Part shown: piece after piece, positions 10,568 to 18,228 of the stretch
Position numbering within the stretch: position 1 is the first letter of the stretch
Layout of the letters: every line of letters begins with the position of its first letter
NCBI GenBank assembly: GCA_036725105.1
Contig: DAIMET010000003.1
Span: 13,461 to 77,460, forward strand
Direction: 5' to 3'
Source: Calditrichota bacterium
Lineage (GTDB): Bacteria; Caldisericota; Caldisericia; UBA6126
DNA: 64,000 nt
Made by a program: the position numbers and the translations under genes
The notes under the pieces: generated by a model
Database searches by the model: none
The model's input: only the letters and a program-made list of their open reading frames with translations
Told to the model about the DNA's origin: nothing

Positions 10568-10949
10568 AAGCAGTATTTATGAATGTGAAATTTGCGGAAA
10601 CGTTGTAGAAGTCCTTCGAAGTGGTGCTGCACCACTAATTTGTTGTGGTAAACCTATGGTTGAAAGAATCCCTCAGACTGAAGACAAGGGAAATGAAAAG
10701 CACAAACCCGTGGTAGAGCAAAATCCTGATAATATGGTTGTGAAAATTGGAAGCGTTCCACATCCCATGGAAGAAAAGCACCATATTGAATGGATTGAAT
10801 TTCGTGGGAACGATGGTTTTGTTGTACGAAAAGAAGTAATAGGACAAGAGTTAGCGGAAACAATGTTTGAAATTCCTCCTCAGGCAGGAACTGTTTTTGC
10901 TTTTTGCAATATACATGGCTTGTGGAAAACAGATGTAAAGCCCCAATAA
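10557..10949 (+). CDS. dfx: Desulfoferrodoxin (2Fe superoxide reductase)
   Basis: The N-terminal desulforedoxin Cys4 site is present (CEICGN...CCGKPM). The centre II ligands are present (HPMEEKHHIEW, FCNIHGLW). The ATG at 10557 follows an RGGAGG-like site. Confidence 0.92.
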   Translation: MATKSSIYECEICGNVVEVLRSGAAPLICCGKPMVERIPQTEDKGNEKHKPVVEQNPDNMVVKIGSVPHPMEEKHHIEWIEFRGNDGFVVRKEVIGQELAETMFEIPPQAGTVFAFCNIHGLWKTDVKPQ

Positions 10950-10974
10950 ATCCATCTTTTTAAAGGAGATTGTT

Positions 10975-11484
10975 ATGAACAAAAGAATTGAAGAGAACTT
11001 TAACAAACAGATTAACGAAGAACTATACTCTGCATATTTATACCAGTCCATTCGTGCTTATTTCGAAAGCATTGGGTTGTCGGGTTTTGCAAATTGGATG
11101 AAAGTGCAATCAGAAGAAGAAATGTTCCATGCAGAAAAGTTTTTCAGTCACCTTGTCCAAAGAGGCGGTCGAATACATCTGACTGCCATTAAAGAACCAT
11201 CATTTCAATGGAATTCACCGCTTGAAGCATTCAAGGCTTCACTTGAACATGAAAAACATATCACTTCCTGTATTCACAATTTAGCTGTTGTTGCTGATGA
11301 AGAAAAAGATTATTCCAGCAAAACTCTTTTGAATTGGTTCGTAGATGAACAGGTAGAAGAAGAAGACAATGTTGGCAAAATTGTAAACGAACTTGAAATG
11401 ATACAAAATGATGGTCGGGGGATATTAATGTTAGACAGGGAATTACAATCACGAACCTTTAATCCTCCTTCAACAGAAGAATAA
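10975..11484 (+). CDS. ftn: Non-heme ferritin
   Basis: The ferroxidase-centre pattern is present: EELYSAYLY, EEEMFHAEKF, LEHEKH and FVDEQVEEE. An AAGGAG ribosome-binding site lies upstream. Confidence 0.9.
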   Translation: MNKRIEENFNKQINEELYSAYLYQSIRAYFESIGLSGFANWMKVQSEEEMFHAEKFFSHLVQRGGRIHLTAIKEPSFQWNSPLEAFKASLEHEKHITSCIHNLAVVADEEKDYSSKTLLNWFVDEQVEEEDNVGKIVNELEMIQNDGRGILMLDRELQSRTFNPPSTEE

Positions 11485-11509
11485 TTAAAACAAAGTAGGA
11501 CTTCTCTCC

Positions 11510-13126
11510 ATGAAACAAAATAAGATTTTTTGGATTTTGATGTTAATTTCCATGATGCTATTCAACAGTATGTTTGTTGTTTCTTGTAAAAAAGAGACAA
11601 AACCTTCAACTACTATCGATTCATCAACTACTTTACCAGAGGATACGGAGGATCCATCAACACCTTCTCAAAACGACCCATCAAACGAAGTTGGAGATGA
11701 ACAAGAAACTGATTCTTTTGTATTGGATCTATCTCATGGGAAAATGCTTCGTCATGAATCTATACATTCTTATCCTGCTACTATGGGGCCTCCCGGATAC
11801 AATAGCATATGGAAAGAAAAAGAAATATTTGTGAGTACCGGAGATTCTGGTTTCACTAAAATTGCACTTTCCGATAATATTATGGTTCCTGAGGAGTCCT
11901 ACTTTTTTTATCGTTCTTTTATCCATTCTTCCGAAAACTATTTTCTTTGCCGTGACAAAACTACCGTGTATTGTTTGGCAAAGAAGAATGCAAAAGAACT
12001 TTGGAAAAAGGATTCAGATTCCTCCGGGCAGGATTATTACTTTGCAATTAATCCTGATACAGTTGCCAATATGCGTTTTTCGGCTACAACAAAAGAGGGT
12101 ATTGTAACTGCTTATCATGCACAAGACGGCCATGTGCTTTGGACAAAAACTTTAACCGATCGATCACAATCCTTTCTTGGTTTTTCACCACAAATCCTTC
12201 TTTTCACCGAAGGAACTACACTTGTGGGTATTCATCCCCAAACTGGACAAAAGTCATGGGAGATTAAAAATATTCTTGATATAGCAGAAGAACTATATCA
12301 ACAAGAATACTTTCGTAATTTCCGAATCCTTACTGATGGAACCCTATTTATTCCATTAAAAGAAAATGGTACCCCTTTTGCTTATCGAATTGAACCTAGT
12401 ACTGGGCAAGTGTTAACAGAGTATCGAATGGATACAGTTGATGAACTACGATTTCATACAAGTTTTATGGAATCCTCTACCAGTATTATTGGTGGATATC
12501 GGAACAAAATGGAGTACTTTTTAGTTGCATTCGACAAACAAACTGGGAATATTCTTTGGGAAACTTCAATAAACAACTATATGGGAGAATTTGCTAAAAA
12601 ATATGGTGTTGAATATGAATTTACTGATTTTGGATCACCAAATCACATTATAGTTAAAATATCATATTCCACGATTCTACATTTGAATGTTGACACTGGG
12701 GAAATCCAATGGGTAGTTCATTCAGATTTTTCACAAATGGATACCATTTGGAACGATTCGATCTATATTCGCCTAGTTGAGTCGGAGCTCCATCAATGGA
12801 GGATTGAGTTTATTTCTCTGGATAGTGGTGAACTGATTAAACAGTGGACATTACCCGATACATACCAACCACCAACAGCTCCTATTGAATTGTTGCATGC
12901 TACGAAAAGCTATATTGTTCTTAGATACGATAAAGCGAACCAACCTAGATGGATTTTTTTCCGTCCATCTGACCATGGCATTGAATATGTAGGAAATCTT
13001 TCAGCATCAAAAGAAAATGATTCATCAGAGTTGATTTTCTTTGTATCTTCCATGAATGATCAATGTTTGTTTTTAACTTCTGGAGAAAATGGATATCAAT
13101 TGAATATCGTAGAAATTCTCGATTAA
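11510..13126 (+). CDS. Lipoprotein with PQQ-like/BamB-like beta-propeller repeats
   Basis: The signal peptide ends in the lipobox FVVSC. Repeated G-x-(V/I)-(L/S/Q)-W motifs occur (DGHVLWTKT, TGQKSWEIK, TGNILWETS, TGEIQWVV). Confidence 0.6.
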   Translation: MKQNKIFWILMLISMMLFNSMFVVSCKKETKPSTTIDSSTTLPEDTEDPSTPSQNDPSNEVGDEQETDSFVLDLSHGKMLRHESIHSYPATMGPPGYNSIWKEKEIFVSTGDSGFTKIALSDNIMVPEESYFFYRSFIHSSENYFLCRDKTTVYCLAKKNAKELWKKDSDSSGQDYYFAINPDTVANMRFSATTKEGIVTAYHAQDGHVLWTKTLTDRSQSFLGFSPQILLFTEGTTLVGIHPQTGQKSWEIKNILDIAEELYQQEYFRNFRILTDGTLFIPLKENGTPFAYRIEPSTGQVLTEYRMDTVDELRFHTSFMESSTSIIGGYRNKMEYFLVAFDKQTGNILWETSINNYMGEFAKKYGVEYEFTDFGSPNHIIVKISYSTILHLNVDTGEIQWVVHSDFSQMDTIWNDSIYIRLVESELHQWRIEFISLDSGELIKQWTLPDTYQPPTAPIELLHATKSYIVLRYDKANQPRWIFFRPSDHGIEYVGNLSASKENDSSELIFFVSSMNDQCLFLTSGENGYQLNIVEILD

Positions 13127-13137
13127 TTCAAGTAAAA

Positions 13138-13174
13138 ACGGAGATTCAAGGCAGGCAAAAAATGAATCTCCGTT
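13138..13174 (+). terminator. Hairpin after the propeller lipoprotein gene
   Basis: A perfect 11-bp stem pairs ACGGAGATTCA with TGAATCTCCGT around a 14-nt loop, 12 nt after the stop. The trailing T-tract is weak. Confidence 0.5.
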
Positions 13175-13224
13175 GAATATAATATGCAAAAATCAAAAAA
13201 AGTTTCACTTTTTTTGATTTACGA

Positions 13225-13253
13225 TTTCACATTTAAAGATTTTTACATACAAT
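13225..13253 (+). promoter_or_regulatory. Candidate sigma-70-type promoter for the ATPase gene
   Basis: A -35 TTTCAC (13225-13230), a 17-nt spacer and a -10 TACAAT (13248-13253) are present. AAGGAG at 13281 and the ATG at 13294 follow. An AT-only 12-bp hairpin (13190-13220) lies just upstream. Confidence 0.35.
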
Positions 13254-13293
13254 AAATAAAAATAAAACTCATAATTATTTAAGGAGTCCCATT

Positions 13294-14646
13294 ATGATCC
13301 ATAAAAGAGAGTTTGATTACCTGCAAAAAGTCTACGAAGAACAGAACTTTAAAATGATTCTTCTACATGGAACTACTGGTGGCGGTAAAACCTATCTTGT
13401 AAGAAATTTTCTTCAAGATAAAAAAGGATTTTACTTTAAATGCTTATCACAACATCCACCAGTGCAGATCAAACGGTTTATTCGTGTTATCCGAAGGCAG
13501 TACCCAGATTTCGAAGCAGATATTACTTGGAAAGACTTTATTACCAATCTTTACGCTCTTGCTAAAAAAGAAAATCTGGTCGTGATTTGGGATGACTTCC
13601 ATTTCTTGTACAAAATTACTCAAGACATTCTCAGTATTGTTGAAAAAAACTCTGTGAATTCACCCTTTACTATTTTTATCACTTCTTCCTTCCCTCAAGC
13701 TAATTTTATTAATTTCCGCTTTTCTAGCTTCTCTCAAGAACGTTTCTTGTCGATCGAGTTAAAACCACTCCTATTTAGCGAATTCAGAGATCATTATCAA
13801 GGGATGGATCCGATTCGTCAAATTGAATTGTATGGACTTACTGGTGGAGTCTCGAGATACATGGAATGGCTTGATCCAAACATGGATCTTTTCCAGAATG
13901 TTAAAGAAAACTTTCTCTCCCCAACAAGAGTCCCATTTTATGATCCAACTTCAGTTCTACGCTATGAATTCCATGAACCTTCTACATACTATTCTGTTTT
14001 ACAAGTATTAGCATATCATGAACTGAAAATTGGCGATCTATCGCATCAACTTAATTTACAAACACACAATTTAACCTCCTTCGTTGATCGATTACGCGAA
14101 ATGAAACTTATCGGAAGAGTTGTACCCGGAAATAGCACAAATCCAAAAGTGACCAGAAAGAGCAAGTATATGATTAGTGATATGTTCTTGTATTTCTGGT
14201 TCCGTTATGTCTATTATGATCCAGAAGCCTTATTCATGCTTGATCCACAAATCATTGTCGATCATTTGAAAGATGATTACCACAATTTCATTGATCACAT
14301 TGTGCTGGAGATTGCAAAACAATGGTTGTCCCACGTAAAGGATCCTTTTGAACCTGTCATCACGTCTCCTTGGTGGGATTATGAAGCTCATGGTGTTGAT
14401 ATCTTAAGCACTGACTACAAAAAAGCGATTTTTGGTGACATATTTATTGATGACACTCAATATACGAAACAAATGTACCGCAATTTTGTAGAAAGCACTC
14501 AGGTTGTACCTTTTAAATCTAAAATCCGTCAAAAATACTACTACTTTATTAGCAAAAATGGATTTACTCCAGATCTGTTAAGAATTATTTCCAACCGTAA
14601 GAATATCAAGATTTTTGATTTAAAGGAATTTGTGGAATCTGTATAA
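13294..14646 (+). CDS. AAA-type ATPase of the archaeal-ATPase/DUF234 architecture
   Basis: Walker A LLHGTTGGGKTYL and Walker B VVIWDDFHFL are present. The central region looks like a winged helix. The C-terminal block HGVDILSTDYKKAIFGDIFIDD resembles the DUF234 region. Confidence 0.65.
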   Translation: MIHKREFDYLQKVYEEQNFKMILLHGTTGGGKTYLVRNFLQDKKGFYFKCLSQHPPVQIKRFIRVIRRQYPDFEADITWKDFITNLYALAKKENLVVIWDDFHFLYKITQDILSIVEKNSVNSPFTIFITSSFPQANFINFRFSSFSQERFLSIELKPLLFSEFRDHYQGMDPIRQIELYGLTGGVSRYMEWLDPNMDLFQNVKENFLSPTRVPFYDPTSVLRYEFHEPSTYYSVLQVLAYHELKIGDLSHQLNLQTHNLTSFVDRLREMKLIGRVVPGNSTNPKVTRKSKYMISDMFLYFWFRYVYYDPEALFMLDPQIIVDHLKDDYHNFIDHIVLEIAKQWLSHVKDPFEPVITSPWWDYEAHGVDILSTDYKKAIFGDIFIDDTQYTKQMYRNFVESTQVVPFKSKIRQKYYYFISKNGFTPDLLRIISNRKNIKIFDLKEFVESV

Positions 14647-14663
14647 GCCTACTATGATCAAAT

Positions 14664-14700
14664 CATCTAAGCTCCTTCGGGAAATGGAGGAGCTTAGATG
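14664..14700 (+). terminator. Hairpin after the ATPase gene
   Basis: A perfect 12-bp stem pairs CATCTAAGCTCC with GGAGCTTAGATG around a 13-nt loop. It is not followed by a T-tract. Confidence 0.45.
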
Positions 14701-14737
14701 ACATTCGAGATAAACTTGGAAAAGGGAAAATTTCAAA

Positions 14738-15370
14738 ATGAGTAGAAAACATATAAATCAAGGCATTGGTTTGTTTGATCAAGCTTCTTACGTTTTATTT
14801 GATTTTGAAACTACGGGATTAAAACCTCCAAAAGATAAGCCTCTACAGCTCGCATACCTACTTCTTAACTCGAACTTTCAAGTGTTGAAAGCCAAGAATT
14901 TTTATTTTCAAGTTCAAGATGAAGTTCCTTTGTCTGCTACCAAAATCCACGGACTAACAAAAGCGAAACTTGTAGCACTAGGGGCTCAGCCGCTAGCTTA
15001 TCATCAAGAAGAAATTCAATCAGATTTTTCAGCAAAAAACATATTGCCAATTGCTCATAATGCCAGTTTTGACGTTCTTTTCTTGAGAAACTTTTTTCTA
15101 AGAGACTTTTCTACAAAACTTTTTTGTACAATGAAATACTACACCAACATTATTAAATTACCAGGGCTATACAATGATTTTAAATGGCCCAAAGTATCGG
15201 AAACTATGAAGTTTTTAGATATAGATGAAAAGCAAACTCTTTTGACCTGCAAAGACCTTTTTTTAAGTGATTCAATAGGCTATCATGATGCGCGGTTTGA
15301 TATTGTATGCATTTTGAAGATGATTCAAGTAGACCCACTTCTGAGAGATAAAATATTACTCCAGCATTGA
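14738..15370 (+). CDS. Stand-alone DnaQ-like DEDDh 3'-5' exonuclease
   Basis: Exo I is FDFETTGL, Exo II is AHNASFDVLFL and Exo III is YHDARFDIV. Confidence 0.85.
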   Translation: MSRKHINQGIGLFDQASYVLFDFETTGLKPPKDKPLQLAYLLLNSNFQVLKAKNFYFQVQDEVPLSATKIHGLTKAKLVALGAQPLAYHQEEIQSDFSAKNILPIAHNASFDVLFLRNFFLRDFSTKLFCTMKYYTNIIKLPGLYNDFKWPKVSETMKFLDIDEKQTLLTCKDLFLSDSIGYHDARFDIVCILKMIQVDPLLRDKILLQH

Positions 15371-15505
15371 AAGCGATAATCAAAACTCAATAAAGGCTTC
15401 TTTACAAAGGATACTCATGGTTTCAAGATTTATATGTCCGTTATGTACCCTTAACAGACATATGAAAAAAAAGAGTATTGTTGTGTGATAATCGAAGTGA
15501 ATCGA

Positions 15506-16039
15506 TTATTTCGATGCCATATCGTAACCAAATTTTGCAGCCTTAATATTCAATGTAAGCTTGTCATCGGAGAAAAAGTCACTTATAGCTTGTGTAAAAG
15601 AAGATAACTCCAGTACTTTTGTAATACCAAGCACATAACCGGTTGCCAACATATTAGCAGCAAGTCGAGTACCAAACTCTTCTTCACAAATTGCTGTAAA
15701 AGGCTCGGTATAGGAAACAGCCTTAGAAATTGGTTCAGAGTCAGGTATAAAAAAGCTATCTAAAATCCGAATACCATTTTCACGAATCAAAGTACCATAT
15801 TTTTGATAGGCTTCTTGTGTCATTAACAGAAGAATATCCGGTACTTCAATTTCTGGGTAGAAAATGTCTCGATCACTGATAATAACTTCGCTTTTTGTGG
15901 CACCACCACGTGCTTCAGCACCGTATGATTGGGATTGTAGTGCATTTTTATTTTCTCGTAATGCTGCCCTGGCAATAATACGTGTGGCAGTAATTAAGCC
16001 TTGACCACCAGAACCTGAATAACGGATTTCTTTTCTCAT
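15506..16039 (-). CDS. 2-oxoacid:ferredoxin oxidoreductase, gamma subunit (cluster 1)
   Basis: SGSGGQGLITA...YGAEARGG is typical of the gamma subunit. It makes a 4-nt overlap with the beta subunit gene. Confidence 0.9.
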   Translation of the reverse strand: MRKEIRYSGSGGQGLITATRIIARAALRENKNALQSQSYGAEARGGATKSEVIISDRDIFYPEIEVPDILLLMTQEAYQKYGTLIRENGIRILDSFFIPDSEPISKAVSYTEPFTAICEEEFGTRLAANMLATGYVLGITKVLELSSFTQAISDFFSDDKLTLNIKAAKFGYDMASK

Positions 16040-16851
16040 GATTCTCTCACCTTTTTCAAAAGTTGTTCCCGTTTTTCAATATAGGAATGCTGCGTGTTGT
16101 CTTCAATAAACTCACCCATCATAAGGCGTGATGAACGATCTTCTTCAGAAAGGGCTTCATATTTTTCTTTTGTTAGTAGAATATCTTTCTGTTGTAGCAT
16201 CATTTTATAGGGATCTGAGATGCCGTTTAAACGACCATAATAAACTGGACATTGTGTGATAACTTCAATCAGAGAGAATCCTTTTCTTGTAAATGCTTTA
16301 TTCATATACTTTTTCATATGTTTGAAGTAGTAGCTACCAGTTCTTGCAGCATATGTGGCACCAGCGCCGATAACAAGACGCATGAGATCAAATTGATTTT
16401 CATAGTTACCAAACCGTGCAGTTGTACCTTTTTTATACTGTGCGGTTAAAGGTGAGACTTGTCCTCCTGTCATGCCATAAATACTATTGTTAAAAACAAT
16501 GACCGTGATATCTACATTTCTTCTAGCTGCATGAATCAGGTGGTTCCCGCCAATAGCACTTGCATCTCCATCACCTGTGAATACAATTACTTTTTTATCT
16601 GGGCGTGAAAGTTTTATGGCAGTAGCAAATGGGATTGCTCGACCATGGAGTGTATGCACTTGGTCAAACTGTGTGTATGTACCGGAACGAGAAGAACAAC
16701 CTATACCAGAAACACAGACAACATCTTTTTTTGAACAATTCATCTCTTCCAGAGTTTCTAAAGCAGCATGCAAAACAATTCCATTGCCGCACCCAGGGCA
16801 CCATATTGTGGGTAAACGATCTGGTTTAAAAAACTTTTCACCTTTAATCAT
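16036..16851 (-). CDS. 2-oxoacid:ferredoxin oxidoreductase, beta (TPP-binding) subunit (cluster 1)
   Basis: WCPGCGNG, the TPP motif GDGDASAIGGNH and YGMTGGQ are present. Confidence 0.92.
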   Translation of the reverse strand: MIKGEKFFKPDRLPTIWCPGCGNGIVLHAALETLEEMNCSKKDVVCVSGIGCSSRSGTYTQFDQVHTLHGRAIPFATAIKLSRPDKKVIVFTGDGDASAIGGNHLIHAARRNVDITVIVFNNSIYGMTGGQVSPLTAQYKKGTTARFGNYENQFDLMRLVIGAGATYAARTGSYYFKHMKKYMNKAFTRKGFSLIEVITQCPVYYGRLNGISDPYKMMLQQKDILLTKEKYEALSEEDRSSRLMMGEFIEDNTQHSYIEKREQLLKKVRES

Positions 16852-17968
16852 GGATATCCTCGATTCTTCTCAACATTTCTTTGGGGGGGATAAGTTCTCC
16901 TCCAATTTTCTCCATAAGATGAACTTTTTTATTGGGTAGGATTCTTTGCATTTCATATACATATTGACCCAGATTTAGTTCGGAAACAATAATTTTCTTA
17001 GCATTCTTTGTAGCATCTTGAATTTTAATGGGATCAATAGGGAAGAGTGTTTTAGGGCGAATAAGGCCAATTCCAGGATGATCGGTATAAAGCAGTGACT
17101 TTACCGTGCGACTTGCTACACCATAAGATATGAACATTATTTCTGCATTTGGGTTGATAATTTCTACTTCGAATAACTCTGAAGTGTGTTTTTCAATTTT
17201 GCGGTGAATTCTACGAATCAATCTGTCAGCAACTTCATAATCTGCACTTTGAAAACCATTTTCCATATGGATTAATCCGGTTACACTGGTTCCAAGACCA
17301 TCTCCAATGTTTCCGATAACAGGAACGTCATCTACAAATTTGCCGTAGGACAAATAAGAATCTCCGGGTTTTAAGTCAGGAAGAAGACGATTAATGATAC
17401 GAATATTATCTTGTGGATCAATTTCAACTTTTTCACGCATATGGACAATTGTTTCAGTGGTGAGTATAACGACAGGAGTGCGATATTTTTCAGACAAATT
17501 AAAGGCTTGAATTGTCATTTCATATAATTCTTGAACAGAGGATGGGCTTAATACAATCATGGGATGATCTCCATGCGAACCCCACCTTGATTGCATTACG
17601 TCGCCTTGTGCAACTTTGGTAGGTAAACCCGTGGAGGGCCCACCACGCTGAACATTGACAATGACGAGAGGTACTTCTACCATTGCTGCATAACCCAGTC
17701 CCTCTTGCATAAGCGAAAAACCTGGACCAGAGGTTGCAGTCATAGATTTCTTCCCAGCTAGGGAAGCTCCAATGATTGCAGTAATGCTGGCGATTTCATC
17801 TTCCATCTGAATAAAGATTTCTTCTTCTCTTGCTAAAACAGTAGAGAACAGCTCAGCTATTTCAGTAGAGGGAGTGATTGGATATCCAGCAAAAAAACCT
17901 ATACCTGCTTTCAAAGCTCCCCTTACACAAGCTTCGGCACCTTGCAATATTTCTGTCTGTTTACTCAT
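16844..17968 (-). CDS. 2-oxoacid:ferredoxin oxidoreductase, alpha subunit (cluster 1)
   Basis: GYPITPSTEI and TATSGPGFSLM are present. I chose the ATG at 17968 (MSKQTE), which overlaps the delta-subunit stop by 8 nt. Confidence 0.9.
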   Translation of the reverse strand: MSKQTEILQGAEACVRGALKAGIGFFAGYPITPSTEIAELFSTVLAREEEIFIQMEDEIASITAIIGASLAGKKSMTATSGPGFSLMQEGLGYAAMVEVPLVIVNVQRGGPSTGLPTKVAQGDVMQSRWGSHGDHPMIVLSPSSVQELYEMTIQAFNLSEKYRTPVVILTTETIVHMREKVEIDPQDNIRIINRLLPDLKPGDSYLSYGKFVDDVPVIGNIGDGLGTSVTGLIHMENGFQSADYEVADRLIRRIHRKIEKHTSELFEVEIINPNAEIMFISYGVASRTVKSLLYTDHPGIGLIRPKTLFPIDPIKIQDATKNAKKIIVSELNLGQYVYEMQRILPNKKVHLMEKIGGELIPPKEMLRRIEDIHD

Positions 17969-18161
17969 GGAAGTGCACCTCAACTGCTAAATCTGGGCAA
18001 TGTTCCTGGCATGCTAAACAACCAATACAGGCTGCAATATTTTCGACAAAAACATAGCCAGTTGAATCGACAGCAAAAACATTCTTTGGACAAATATGAA
18101 CGCAAATACTACATCTCTTACATCGTTTCTCATTAATCAAAACATCTTTAACTTTTTTCAA
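17961..18161 (-). CDS. 2-oxoacid:ferredoxin oxidoreductase, delta subunit (2x[4Fe-4S] ferredoxin)
   Basis: A 66-aa protein with two CxxCxxCxxxCP motifs (CKRCSICVHICP, CIGCLACQEHCP). Confidence 0.9.
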   Translation of the reverse strand: MKKVKDVLINEKRCKRCSICVHICPKNVFAVDSTGYVFVENIAACIGCLACQEHCPDLAVEVHFHE

Positions 18162-18199
18162 GATATTTACCTGCTTTCAAAGCTTTGATTACGTTGACC

Positions 18200-18227
18200 A
18201 TTAAAGAAAACATTCCAGTTTTGTCAA
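18200..18227 (-). promoter_or_regulatory. Candidate promoter for oxidoreductase cluster 1
   Basis: On the minus strand there is a -35 TTGACA (18227-18222), a 16-nt spacer and a -10 TTTAAT (18205-18200). This lies about 40 nt upstream of the delta-subunit ATG, in the only gap over 30 nt in this part of the block. Confidence 0.4.
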
Positions 18228-18228
18228 T

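Noticed and set aside
13165-13192. dif-like (XerCD) site: ...TTGAATATAATATGCAAAAA resembles GAATATATATTATGTAAACT of Bacillus dif
   Set aside because: Only about 7 of 11 positions match in the XerD arm and the XerC arm matches poorly. The flanking genes are co-directional, not a convergent terminus. The similarity is explained by AT-richness.
15432-15472. Imperfect hairpin (ATATGTCCGTTA / TAACAGACATAT) followed by an A8 run, between the convergent exonuclease and oxidoreductase genes
   Set aside because: The A-run lies 3' of the stem on the plus strand, so the U-tract would precede the stem on the minus strand. The geometry therefore fits neither strand as a canonical intrinsic terminator. 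I kept it only as context in the accessory-patch finding.
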